45,450 bases of DNA from a virus (IMGVR_UViG_3300035130_000164:1-45450); one strand, 5' to 3'. Numbered from the stretch's first letter, positions 1-8,872 are shown. Notes: generated from the sequence alone by a model not told the origin. Made by a program: numbers and translations.

Positions 1-163
1 ATGGTTTTACACATTCACAATTTTCATATATATATATTCTTCTTACTGTTGGTTTATCATTCTGGTCAATAACAGTAACGGTTTTTGAAGTTCTTTTTAG
101 TATCGTAAAATCTCCGCATCTTACCGTTTTGTAAGTTTTTCCTGTCTCAAATTTTATTATCAT
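1..163 (-). CDS. hypothetical protein, partial (runs off left end)
   Basis: ATG at 163 with AAGGAG RBS, open frame MIIKFETGKTYKTVRCG... to window edge, downstream of a consensus promoter; not in ORF track. Confidence 0.55.
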   Translation of the reverse strand, partial: MIIKFETGKTYKTVRCGDFTILKRTSKTVTVIDQNDKPTVRRIYIYENCECVKP

Positions 164-200
164 TTTCTCTTTTCTCCTTTCCTCAGCCTTTCTATTAATA

Positions 201-229
201 AGTATATATCTTTTTCCTGCTTTTGTCAA
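201..229 (-). promoter_or_regulatory. sigma70-type promoter TTGACA-N17-TATACT
   Basis: Near-consensus -35/-10 with 17-nt spacer; near-duplicate at 26845-26873. Confidence 0.7.
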
Positions 230-342
230 GAAGTTTGTTGAAAATATTTGATAAAAATTGCGATTATTTTACTTTTTTAATTACTTATATCAATAGACTG
301 TAAAGTCGATTCTTACCCATCACGTACAATACAGAGGGTTTT

Positions 343-894
343 TCAGGCTTCCTCTATCCCTGTCTCTTTTAATAGTCTGTTCCATGGGAAAATATCTATA
401 CCTCTCCCTTTTTTTACATCGCTTTTTCTTCCAGGGGAAATTGTAGAATGGTCGGTCAATTTTATTTCAGGCCATCTATTTTTAATATCTATGCATAATT
501 CTATAAGTGCATTTATTTCTGGTCCCGGCCATCCATCCCAATGCATAGCCCATCCTCTTTTTTCCGCTATTTTATTTATGCTGGTAGGTGGTCCGGCAAG
601 TTCAATTCCAATACTGCACACATTAACAGATTTCCATTCCTGCCCCCTAATTTTTGTTGGGTAATCCTTGAGACTGGAAAATCCAGCATGCCAAGCTATG
701 TATTTCTCAGGGACCATATTAGTAATAAGCCCATTTCTATCAATTACGTAATGAGCAGATGAACCTTTATTTCCTGGACATTGAAACCAGTATATACACT
801 GCGGTCCTGTACACGCAGCCCAGTGAATGACCAGGAGAAGATTATCCTTTTTCCATTTGGTTTTATTTCTTGCTTCTTTGTATTGTATCTTCAT
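343..894 (-). CDS. endolysin, N-acetylmuramoyl-L-alanine amidase (Amidase_2-like)
   Basis: VIHW, SSAHYVI, AWHAG, N..SIGIEL and H..ISPGRK.D motifs of Zn amidases; position in lysis module. Confidence 0.9.
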   Translation of the reverse strand: MKIQYKEARNKTKWKKDNLLLVIHWAACTGPQCIYWFQCPGNKGSSAHYVIDRNGLITNMVPEKYIAWHAGFSSLKDYPTKIRGQEWKSVNVCSIGIELAGPPTSINKIAEKRGWAMHWDGWPGPEINALIELCIDIKNRWPEIKLTDHSTISPGRKSDVKKGRGIDIFPWNRLLKETGIEEA

Positions 895-1704
895 CTATCC
901 TCCTATTTTATATTCAAACAAAGTATTATTATTACACCTTTCCCTTGCTATATAGCAATATTTTTGACAACAATCTATTCCGATATATTGTCTCTTATTA
1001 TTTTTTGCTACCTTACAAGTTGTACCACTGCCACACATCGGATCAAGCACAATATCGTTTTCATTTGACCATGACCTTATATGATCATAGGCAAGCAGAT
1101 CCGGGAAAATAGCAGGGTGGTTATATGCTATTTTATCCTTTGTTGTATTTCCTCCGCCATTGCAATAATACCAAATATTTCCGGCTAATTTTTTTTTGGC
1201 ATTTTGCATATAATTATTTTTCCTATAAGTACCATCTGAATATCTATGAAATTTTTTTATTTTTCTTTTTTCACTGGATAATTTAGGAATTATAATAGGA
1301 TTCCATGTTTTTAATTTTCCTTTTACAAAAATAAACATATATTCAAATTCTTGCTGATACCTATTGTCATTATAAGGTGGCATATCTTTTTGATAAATCA
1401 TAGTATCATGTAAGTTAAAACCACACTCCATAAAAAACAAAGCTTGCTTAAAACTTGTACCCGTCTCACTCCCGTTTTTTGTCATATCTCCTACTACCCA
1501 TACAACAACACCGCCTTGTTTTGTTATCCTGTATAATTCAGGTATTAGTTTCTTGTAATCAAACACATAACCTTGATAATTTCTTAAATCATCATAAGGC
1601 GGAGATGTAACCGTCAAATCTATAATCTCATCAGGCATAAATGATATTAAGTCTAAATGATCACCACAAATTATTTTATTGATATAATCTTTTGGATATT
1701 TCAA
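895..1704 (-). CDS. DNA methyltransferase, N4-C/N6-A family (beta class)
   Basis: VTSPPY catalytic motif precedes VLDPMCGSGTT SAM-binding motif; HPAIFP. Start placed at TTG 1704 (G-rich RBS, overlaps upstream stop) instead of 1758. Confidence 0.9.
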   Translation of the reverse strand: MKYPKDYINKIICGDHLDLISFMPDEIIDLTVTSPPYDDLRNYQGYVFDYKKLIPELYRITKQGGVVVWVVGDMTKNGSETGTSFKQALFFMECGFNLHDTMIYQKDMPPYNDNRYQQEFEYMFIFVKGKLKTWNPIIIPKLSSEKRKIKKFHRYSDGTYRKNNYMQNAKKKLAGNIWYYCNGGGNTTKDKIAYNHPAIFPDLLAYDHIRSWSNENDIVLDPMCGSGTTCKVAKNNKRQYIGIDCCQKYCYIARERCNNNTLFEYKIGG

Positions 1705-2210
1705 ATACCCCCCAAAATAAAACAAACTATCACGGTAAGAATTGTCCCGGCGATCCATCCTGCTCGCTCAATCCATCTCCATAATTGGGATCGCTTTAAT
1801 TTCTTTTCCGAGTCTTTCAAGTTCGACTCTAAATTCTTCAAATATTCTCTCTCCTTCTTCTGCTCTTCTAAGTCTTTCTCGTTCGAGTCGCTCAAATTCT
1901 CTGTTAGTTTCTCTGAGTCGGTCAATGTCTGTTCTGAGTCGTCTATTATGTTCTTCTGATTCTCGTAAATTTCCTCGTAGAGCTGCAATAGTTCGTTCAT
2001 CCTGTCTTGATCGTAGTTCCCTTGCAGATAGTAATCCTTCAAGAGAGGAAACTTCTTTGAGAGACTGTTCCAGAGATTCATTAATCGTTGCTTTCTCTCC
2101 GGTGAGATTCCCGATTCGTTTTGATTGTTCACATCCCCAGGCGATGAGTAACAGACAAGCAATAATAAGACCGCCAAAAATAACCAAACGTATATATTTT
2201 CCCATTTCAT
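1701..2210 (-). CDS. spanin-like membrane protein (N-terminal signal ending in Cys, coiled coil, C-terminal TM)
   Basis: VWLFLAVLLLLVC N-terminus, acidic coiled coil, WIAGTILTVIVCFILGGI C-terminus; ATG 5 nt after AGGAG; lysis context. Confidence 0.55.
   Translation of the reverse strand: MKWENIYVWLFLAVLLLLVCYSSPGDVNNQNESGISPERKQRLMNLWNSLSKKFPLLKDYYLQGNYDQDRMNELLQLYEEIYENQKNIIDDSEQTLTDSEKLTENLSDSNEKDLEEQKKEREYLKNLESNLKDSEKKLKRSQLWRWIERAGWIAGTILTVIVCFILGGI
1768..2205 (-). CDS. spanin-like coiled-coil membrane protein or lipoprotein, overlapping in an alternative frame
   Basis: MGKYIR-LVIFGGLIIACLLLIAWGC then R/E-rich coiled coil; ATG at 2205 is 10 nt after the same AGGAG. Confidence 0.55.
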   Translation of the reverse strand: MGKYIRLVIFGGLIIACLLLIAWGCEQSKRIGNLTGEKATINESLEQSLKEVSSLEGLLSARELRSRQDERTIAALRGNLRESEEHNRRLRTDIDRLRETNREFERLERERLRRAEEGERIFEEFRVELERLGKEIKAIPIMEMD

Positions 2211-2219
2211 GCAATCTCC

Positions 2220-2360
2220 TTATAATTGAGGATGTTCTCTTGTAAGGCCATATTTTTGATCAAGCTCCTCAAATTTTTCCTGCCATCTATCACACTTATC
2301 TAAACCAGGACACAAAGAATCTACAATAAAACACCCCTTGCACAAATCTTTATCCTTCAT
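2220..2360 (-). CDS. small Cys-rich hypothetical protein (46 aa)
   Basis: MKDKDLCKGCFIVDSLCPGLDKCDRW...; exactly fills the gap between neighbours; below ORF-track cutoff. Confidence 0.4.
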   Translation of the reverse strand: MKDKDLCKGCFIVDSLCPGLDKCDRWQEKFEELDQKYGLTREHPQL

Positions 2361-2571
2361 TCACTTTCTCCATTTCTGGTTTATAGTTCAATCCTCTTTG
2401 CCAGTCATCCATAACTTTCCCGGTAATAGCTGCCATTCCAAGAGTGACTATTGCCCAGGTATTGGCAATAAAAACAGATTCTATTCCACCCATAAAAACC
2501 ACATTCAATAATTGATATACAAACACTATAAAAGACGATATATAAAATGCTCGCATCTTTTGTGATTTCAT
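2350..2571 (-). CDS. putative holin (2 TM, 73 aa)
   Basis: Start MKSQKMRAF overlaps upstream stop (ATGA); two hydrophobic segments and charged C-terminal tail; lysis context. Confidence 0.5.
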   Translation of the reverse strand: MKSQKMRAFYISSFIVFVYQLLNVVFMGGIESVFIANTWAIVTLGMAAITGKVMDDWQRGLNYKPEMEKVNEG

Positions 2572-2963
2572 GGATTCTGACTCCCGGTAGTCTGCTGTGT
2601 CTGAAATTGTTTCAACATAATATCTTTCTGTATAGATGTACTTATCCCCATATACACAGTCGCTATGAATGTTATGATACAAATTATTACAGGTACCCAG
2701 GTTTTAACAGCATTGCCAGTCCTGCATTTTAACTTTTCTATTTCATCAGTATTTTTTCTTATATCCCCCCGCATTCCGTTATCTTTATTCTTGCCAAATA
2801 ATTCTACATTAAGTTCCGCAAACTCTACCTGGACCTTGTTTAATGCATTGCTGATATCTTTTATTTCGTCCCGGGTAGCCTTGGATGTCTCTGCTATTAC
2901 ATTTATCTGGACTAAACTTTTTTGCAACTCAGCCCACTGCTTATCAGTCATTATTCCTTCCAT
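2568..2963 (-). CDS. coiled-coil protein with single C-terminal TM (lysis-associated)
   Basis: Heptad-rich N-terminus, WVPVIICIITFIATVYMGI TM; first gene of lysis cassette. Confidence 0.55.
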   Translation of the reverse strand: MEGIMTDKQWAELQKSLVQINVIAETSKATRDEIKDISNALNKVQVEFAELNVELFGKNKDNGMRGDIRKNTDEIEKLKCRTGNAVKTWVPVIICIITFIATVYMGISTSIQKDIMLKQFQTQQTTGSQNP

Positions 2964-2980
2964 TCTGTGATCCCTTCTAC

Positions 2981-3012
2981 AAAAAAAGCCGTCCTGCCAG
3001 GCAGAGACGGCT
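2981..3012 (-). terminator. intrinsic terminator-like hairpin in lysis-cassette leader
   Basis: AGCCGTC/GACGGCT stem followed by T-run on minus strand. Confidence 0.55.
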
Positions 3013-3067
3013 ATGATGGATCACAGCCTTATTATACCTGGCTTCCCGCTCTATAATTTAAACAGAC

Positions 3068-3718
3068 TTATTTCTGTTTTATATCTCCATTTTTCATAAA
3101 TTTACATACTAATTGTATATTATTCCCACACTCATATTTAGCTCTCATCTTCTCTATTCTCTTACATATTGCGTTATCTGTCAAGGATAATCTTTCTGCA
3201 ACCTCTTTTACCCGGTTTCCTTCCATAAGCAATTCGATAATCTGTATATTTATTTCATCTTCATCTATATTTACTTTTACCCCTGGGTGAATATTATTAA
3301 AATAAAACACCACAATAAATTCAAATCCTATCAGATACATAACTGTGTTTATCAATCCATTCTCTGGAAGAAAAAAAAGAAATTTTACCACGGTTGCAAT
3401 TATTATTATTCCGAACAGGATATAAAGCTTTTCTTTAAATCGCATCATGTAAATAGAAAAAATAAGAAATGAAGCTCCGGAAAGATTACCCCAATCTCCA
3501 AAAACAATACACATTACTGCACAAACAAAAATTATCCATGCATCCAGCTTAAACGAATCTATAAACATATAAATAACCACCACAATAAAAAATGACACTA
3601 CATAGATTAACCAATCCATATAGTGCCATCTATTCACAATCGCTTTTATCATATTCAAAATCATTATTAAAACTGAATTGAATATAATTATCTGTTTATT
3701 TGTGATCCCTTTGAACAA
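3068..3718 (-). CDS. multi-pass membrane protein with C-terminal LuxR-type HTH
   Basis: About 5-6 hydrophobic segments then IIELLMEGNRVKEVAERLSLTDNAICKRIEKMRAKY, a GerE/LuxR-like pattern. Confidence 0.7.
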   Translation of the reverse strand: MFKGITNKQIIIFNSVLIMILNMIKAIVNRWHYMDWLIYVVSFFIVVVIYMFIDSFKLDAWIIFVCAVMCIVFGDWGNLSGASFLIFSIYMMRFKEKLYILFGIIIIATVVKFLFFLPENGLINTVMYLIGFEFIVVFYFNNIHPGVKVNIDEDEINIQIIELLMEGNRVKEVAERLSLTDNAICKRIEKMRAKYECGNNIQLVCKFMKNGDIKQK

Positions 3719-3721
3719 TCT

Positions 3722-4078
3722 TTAACCGCTCCAGAAAGATAAAGGCCCCATGACCATTGCTGCTTCCTCATCTGACATTGAAGTAGTCTTTTGAAGTTCC
3801 ATGATCCTTTCATCCCAATTCTCTCCATGTTCTTTTCCCCTGTGTTTCAAAATACACAGTTCAAGTACATTAAGAACTCTTTCTCTTTCTGCAAGATCAT
3901 CAATTTGATAAGGAATCCCCAGTTCCGCTCTTACCCTGGGTTCTGTTATCACTTCTTGCGAAAAATCTTTATCACCTGCTTTTTCTGCCATCAAGATTAA
4001 TAATGCCACTTTTCCACAGGATTCATGTTTCCCGAATCTTTCCGGTAAAAACTCTGTCACATATTCTTTGACTGTCAT
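3722..4078 (-). CDS. hypothetical protein
   Basis: ORF with AAGGAG RBS in operon. Confidence 0.6.
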   Translation of the reverse strand: MTVKEYVTEFLPERFGKHESCGKVALLILMAEKAGDKDFSQEVITEPRVRAELGIPYQIDDLAERERVLNVLELCILKHRGKEHGENWDERIMELQKTTSMSDEEAAMVMGPLSFWSG

Positions 4079-4098
4079 TGTATCTCCTTCCTAATTAT

Positions 4099-5346
4099 CT
4101 AATCACACAAATTTATATTTGTCAATCTTTTTATTGCTGCCTGTCGGTCAACCTCTTTCAGTTCCATTACTCTTTCAGCAGATAACCAGGGAGTATTGAC
4201 CACAGCATTTTTATACAGCAAATCTGAATAAAACGTATCAGTCTTTTTTATCCAGCCTTTCTCAAGGCATTCTTTATACATTTTTGTCCCGGGATAAGGA
4301 GTAGCGATATAAATATTTCTCTGATCCAGGTCCAGGTCATTTGCGTATTTTAATGTTTTATATATATCGTCCTCGGTCTCCCCAGGATAACCGATTATAA
4401 AAAACCCGCACGTTTGTATTCCAATCTCTTTTAATTTACTCACAATTTCCTCAGCTTCTTCAAACTCAAGCCATTTATTCCTGAGACCCATGGCTATTGC
4501 TGTTTTTGTTGATCCGGTTTCAAAGGGCAAAGATAACCTCCAACATCCTGAATTTCTAAGTTTTGACAATACCTCTGCATCAAATAAGCTTTTCACATAT
4601 ATTCCGTTCGGGCATGACCACCAGAATCCATACTGTTTTATAAGGTCCATTAGCTCAAGAAATCTATTTTTATCCCACGAAATATTATCATCTTCAAAAA
4701 ATAATTCCAGTATTCCTTTTTTTTTCAGATAATCAAAATAATTTTTCATGTATTCAGTTGAATAAGGTTGCCAACATCCGGAAAAATCCCGTATACCACA
4801 AAACCCACACTGCCTGTCACATCCAACAGAAGAAATCACACTCATCCATTTTTTTGTTTTTGATTGCAAATCATGAGGTCTATTCAAATCCCAGTATTTC
4901 TTTACTTCTTTATTCTCGAAAAAAGGAATATTAAAATAATTTATATCTTTTATTTCGTCTTCAAATGTTGCTAAAAAATATTCCTCACCCCTCATCCTGG
5001 TTATCGCATCAACGGCATCAGGTTTCTCTGTCAATCCAGTTATCGCAGCATGATAGCCACCACCAATTACAAGCGTTCCTGGTTTTTTAACAATATTTGC
5101 AACTCTTAAATATTCTTCGTTCTGAATAGAAAACCTGCAACTTATTCCAATTATATCATATCCGATCTTAATCAAGTTTCTGCAATCTTCTCCAATGTGT
5201 TCATCACATATATTCACAAACTTAACATATTTTATTTTTTCTAAAGTACTTCGCATCTTCCATAAATGGACAGGTGGCATATATGTTTTTTTCTGTCCTG
5301 CTAAAACAGGAGATTTAAGATTAATCAGAAGTATTTTTAGTTTCAC
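4099..5346 (-). CDS. cobalamin-binding radical SAM protein
   Basis: N-terminal B12-binding-like IIGISCRFS...GGYHA; CDRQCGFC; FEDDN; FIIGYPGET; ATPYPGT. Confidence 0.88.
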   Translation of the reverse strand: MKLKILLINLKSPVLAGQKKTYMPPVHLWKMRSTLEKIKYVKFVNICDEHIGEDCRNLIKIGYDIIGISCRFSIQNEEYLRVANIVKKPGTLVIGGGYHAAITGLTEKPDAVDAITRMRGEEYFLATFEDEIKDINYFNIPFFENKEVKKYWDLNRPHDLQSKTKKWMSVISSVGCDRQCGFCGIRDFSGCWQPYSTEYMKNYFDYLKKKGILELFFEDDNISWDKNRFLELMDLIKQYGFWWSCPNGIYVKSLFDAEVLSKLRNSGCWRLSLPFETGSTKTAIAMGLRNKWLEFEEAEEIVSKLKEIGIQTCGFFIIGYPGETEDDIYKTLKYANDLDLDQRNIYIATPYPGTKMYKECLEKGWIKKTDTFYSDLLYKNAVVNTPWLSAERVMELKEVDRQAAIKRLTNINLCD

Positions 5347-5579
5347 TACTGAGTCCTCTCTCCCCCACTTAAGTAGTAATTCGATTCGAATTCTACAATT
5401 ATGTTCATCTCTTTTAATTCTTCAACATATATTTCAAATCCAACTTCTGATATTCCGGTCATTTGCCTCACCCCTGTCACCTTATTACACTTATCCTTCA
5501 AAAGATGTTCATTGAAATAATGCTGCACCGCCTCTATCATTTGAGCTTCACAAAAAATAAATCTGTTCCTGCCTTTCAT
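5346..5579 (-). CDS. hypothetical protein
   Basis: AGGAGG RBS, coupled to downstream gene. Confidence 0.5.
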   Translation of the reverse strand: MKGRNRFIFCEAQMIEAVQHYFNEHLLKDKCNKVTGVRQMTGISEVGFEIYVEELKEMNIIVEFESNYYLSGGERTQ

Positions 5580-5582
5580 AAA

Positions 5583-5987
5583 TTACCTCCTTATACACCA
5601 TTCGTTTTTTTCTATTATTTCTTTCCTTTTAGCATTTGCAGCATCAATGGCGGTCTCTTTATCTTTACCAAGGAAAACTCCTTCCATCCATATTTTGTCA
5701 TCATCCAATTTTAACTCCAAATAACCTTTTTCTGTACAAAGATCATCATCAGCAACCTTTCCTATATCCCTTATATTACCATTTTTTCCCATGGAAATAT
5801 AGAAACCTTTTATATTATTATTTTCTATACTCTCAACCACTTCATGCTCTTCTATTTCATGATCATAATGTTTATCTTCTGCCATACAATTTTCTTCATA
5901 ATATTTATTCACATCACATTTGCTCTTGAAAATTTTATTTATATAACAGCTATCTTCTCCGGTTGTCATTATTACATATACTTTCAT
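5583..5987 (-). CDS. hypothetical protein
   Basis: Probable start MKVYVIM after AAGGAG; ORF track extends to 6110. Confidence 0.55.
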   Translation of the reverse strand: MKVYVIMTTGEDSCYINKIFKSKCDVNKYYEENCMAEDKHYDHEIEEHEVVESIENNNIKGFYISMGKNGNIRDIGKVADDDLCTEKGYLELKLDDDKIWMEGVFLGKDKETAIDAANAKRKEIIEKNEWCIRR

Positions 5988-6066
5988 ATTAACTCCTTTT
6001 CTTATCCTAAAGATAAATATTTTACACCCTTTGGCAAATCCATCATTCATCTCCTTCATCTCCGTT

Positions 6067-7110
6067 TTATTTCCAGTAAAGTTTTCTTCCTTCTCTTGAA
6101 ATCTCATCAACTATTTCTTGATCCGGCTTCCATTCCCTCAAAAAACTTATCCTGGAGTATTTTTTCTTATACGAATAAAATATATTTGCATAATCTTCAT
6201 GGAAATATATCTTACGTCTCGGGAACCTACTGTGTCGGAACTTTACGCTGCCACGGAATCCATCCCCGGTATATGCTATTGAACATTTCTTGCATACATC
6301 TGGAAAGTCCCCGGTATAATTTCGTTTCCTGAACTCCCGGTATTTTTCGTTGTTATAGAACTCAACAATAGACCCGTTAAGAGGTACCTTCCCAAACGTA
6401 AGCTGGAATTCATTCACAACTTTTGTATGCCACCCACAGGCTATTGAGTCCCCGGTACTTCTTATTTCTAATGCCATATCATCCGGATACCTGCATGGAA
6501 ATATTCTCATCCCGCCTTCATTGCTCACCAGGCTTTTCCCGATACTTACAAAGTCCATGCCGTATTCAAGCCAATATTGAATAATCTCTTCTATCTCTTC
6601 ATAGTCCTGACCTCTCCTGGTTATCTTAATACCAACCTGGAATTTACTTCCTTTCTTATTTTTCATCTTCATAACCTGGTCAATAACAAATTTAGATTTT
6701 TCCCGGACAAACCCTTTCATGCATAATTCTGGACTTTTTGATTTTTCATAATATAATCCATTCTGTGAAAAAATCAGCAAATACAGAGAACTGCCTTTAT
6801 TCGTTATCATATCAAATACTTGGGGTTTCCACACGTTTGAATTCGTTGTGAGTGAAAAAGGTATTTCATGAAAAATTATCCTGGAATAAATATTCATTGC
6901 CTCTGGATGCAACAAAGATTCACCCAACAAATTAGATGTGATTGAACAATTTATTTCCTCTTTTTTAATCCTGTTAATTATTGAATAAGCTAAATCAGTA
7001 TCCATATGCACTGGCTTGAATTGTGATTCCGGATCAGACACCGGACACAAAGAGCACCGCATATTACAATGACTGCTTAATTCTAACACAACTTGCCTTG
7101 GAATCCTCAT
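6067..7110 (-). CDS. radical SAM protein with SPASM/twitch-like C-terminus
   Basis: LELSSHCNMRCSLC, GESLLHP, LTTN, C-terminal Cys (FPCRYP, IACGW, CKKC). Confidence 0.88.
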   Translation of the reverse strand: MRIPRQVVLELSSHCNMRCSLCPVSDPESQFKPVHMDTDLAYSIINRIKKEEINCSITSNLLGESLLHPEAMNIYSRIIFHEIPFSLTTNSNVWKPQVFDMITNKGSSLYLLIFSQNGLYYEKSKSPELCMKGFVREKSKFVIDQVMKMKNKKGSKFQVGIKITRRGQDYEEIEEIIQYWLEYGMDFVSIGKSLVSNEGGMRIFPCRYPDDMALEIRSTGDSIACGWHTKVVNEFQLTFGKVPLNGSIVEFYNNEKYREFRKRNYTGDFPDVCKKCSIAYTGDGFRGSVKFRHSRFPRRKIYFHEDYANIFYSYKKKYSRISFLREWKPDQEIVDEISREGRKLYWK

Positions 7111-7199
7111 ATTACTCCTTCGCTTCCTAAAACATCAAAAAATATCCTGATGCTACAGCGCAACATATACCTATAATTTTTTTAACATATGTTGTATCC

Positions 7200-8159
7200 T
7201 CAATCTTCATACTGTATTCCATCCATCTTATCGGTCAAAGAAAAGGTAACATTATAGTAGTCAAACACCCCGTACATAGTTCCAATATCTTTTTTTAATG
7301 GATCATTAAATTCATACTTAGCCCTGAATCCGTATCCGGTATACGCTGAATTACAAGTTGCACAGGGCCCTTCAAAAATACCATTCTGCTGTTTATCTCT
7401 CAATTCAACCAGGGCTATCCTATTATATGCATCCTGCAAATCCTCATTATCTCCAAGCTTCCCTATTTGAAAATAATTGTCCGCATAAACTGAGGTATCA
7501 TACATACATGGAACAATCTCTCTATCTGCCCTGACCAGCAAAAATTTGTCATTAAAATACTGGCAGGGGTAGCTCCTTAAAGACAGCCCGGACTGATTAA
7601 GCATCCTACCTACGCATACATAATCAACACCCTGGTTAAGCCAGTAATAAATAAAATTCTCTATCTCCTCCCAATCCTGCCCTCGCTGGCAGATCTTCAA
7701 ACAGAGATCTATATTGTTACCCTTATGTTCTTTAAGGTTCAAAAATCTATATATATTTTTCAAAACATTATCGTTGTATCCTTGTCGGCATAACGATAAA
7801 GAAGTAGATCTAGGCAGTCCATCTATTGAAAAAATCATCTGGTAAAAACTATTCTGCTCCGTGACCAGTTCAAACAATTCGTTATTCCAAATAAGCCCGT
7901 TTGAAGTAAGATACACCCTCTGTTTTTTCCCAATAACATATTGAATCAATTCATATATATGAGGATACAATAAAGGCTCGCCGTTCATAAATGGAATTAT
8001 TGTTGCATCGAAATCATTCCTATCCACAATTGACTTAACAAAATCAAAATCCATATCCTGAAGTTTTACTTTGCTGAGATTTTTCAAACATCCTTCACAA
8101 GACATTTGACATCTATTTGTTACTTCTATTGCTATCTGCCTGGGGATTGCTAAACCCAT
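7200..8159 (-). CDS. radical SAM protein with SPASM/twitch-like C-terminus (paralogue of 6067-7110)
   Basis: IEVTNRCQMSCEGC, GEPLLYP, LTSNG, YPCQYF, VPCM, CATC; shares RGQD[YW]EEIE and AYTGxGFR with neighbour. Confidence 0.88.
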   Translation of the reverse strand: MGLAIPRQIAIEVTNRCQMSCEGCLKNLSKVKLQDMDFDFVKSIVDRNDFDATIIPFMNGEPLLYPHIYELIQYVIGKKQRVYLTSNGLIWNNELFELVTEQNSFYQMIFSIDGLPRSTSLSLCRQGYNDNVLKNIYRFLNLKEHKGNNIDLCLKICQRGQDWEEIENFIYYWLNQGVDYVCVGRMLNQSGLSLRSYPCQYFNDKFLLVRADREIVPCMYDTSVYADNYFQIGKLGDNEDLQDAYNRIALVELRDKQQNGIFEGPCATCNSAYTGYGFRAKYEFNDPLKKDIGTMYGVFDYYNVTFSLTDKMDGIQYED

Positions 8160-8228
8160 TTAAACACCTTTCTCTGTATGTATTATTTTATGGTCATAAG
8201 TCATTTCACCAGGAACTGATAAATTCAT

Positions 8229-8471
8229 TCAACTATCCTTTTTTCCCATATGATTGATATAATCAGGAATACCAATTTTAAGGTTATAAGCTACTTGAGC
8301 TAATGTAAATTTCCCGCATTGTAATGTTTCGAATAAAAAATCGCTACTATAATATTGCTCCAAATATTTTTTAATCCATGTATCTCTTCTTTTATCAATT
8401 ATTCTTTTTATTTTACAACTTCCTTGCGGTTCACCAGTTTTACCTGACCCTGCCGTCACATCATATTGCAT
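8229..8471 (-). CDS. small hypothetical protein
   Basis: GAGGA RBS; P-loop-like AGSGKT but too short for an NTPase. Confidence 0.4.
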   Translation of the reverse strand: MQYDVTAGSGKTGEPQGSCKIKRIIDKRRDTWIKKYLEQYYSSDFLFETLQCGKFTLAQVAYNLKIGIPDYINHMGKKDS

Positions 8472-8683
8472 AGATCATCCTCGTTATTTATTTCCTGCAA
8501 TAGCTTCAACATACTTTTCCTCTTATATTGAATCTTCACTTCATACGCTATGGCATTACCGCACACACGGCATTGTGTAATACTGTCCGGCTCTACCTCG
8601 CTATTAACAACACTAAGTATAACAGTGTTATTTGCACCGCAGAAGTCACATTTAATTTTTATATCTGTACGTATATATTTCAT
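8456..8683 (-). CDS. small zinc-ribbon protein
   Basis: CDFC...CRVC pairs. Confidence 0.55.
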   Translation of the reverse strand: MKYIRTDIKIKCDFCGANNTVILSVVNSEVEPDSITQCRVCGNAIAYEVKIQYKRKSMLKLLQEINNEDDLCNMM

Positions 8684-8695
8684 AACGTTTAATCA

Positions 8696-8734
8696 AAAAG
8701 GGGAAGGCACAACGAATTGCGGCGACCCTTCCCC
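8696..8734 (-). terminator. terminator-like hairpin upstream of zinc-ribbon gene
   Basis: GGGGAAGG/CCTTCCCC stem followed by T-run on minus strand. Confidence 0.45.
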
Positions 8735-8830
8735 ACACTTCAATGAGAGTTGAAATGAAAAGTAGGTTGGAGATTTTATGGTTTTATAATTATAAAATTC
8801 AACTCTCATAAATCCAATATACTCCTTTTA

Positions 8831-8872
8831 AAAAAAAATGCAAGGGGATTTTTAAAAAAAATATCCCCCTGC
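8831..8872 (-). terminator. intrinsic terminator at end of tail operon
   Basis: GCAGGGGGAT...ATCCCCTTGC stem followed by T-run, just after stop at 8888. Confidence 0.5.

Noticed and set aside
8229-8471. Functional P-loop NTPase or kinase
   Set aside because: AGSGKT is present but the 80-aa ORF has no recognisable rest of the fold
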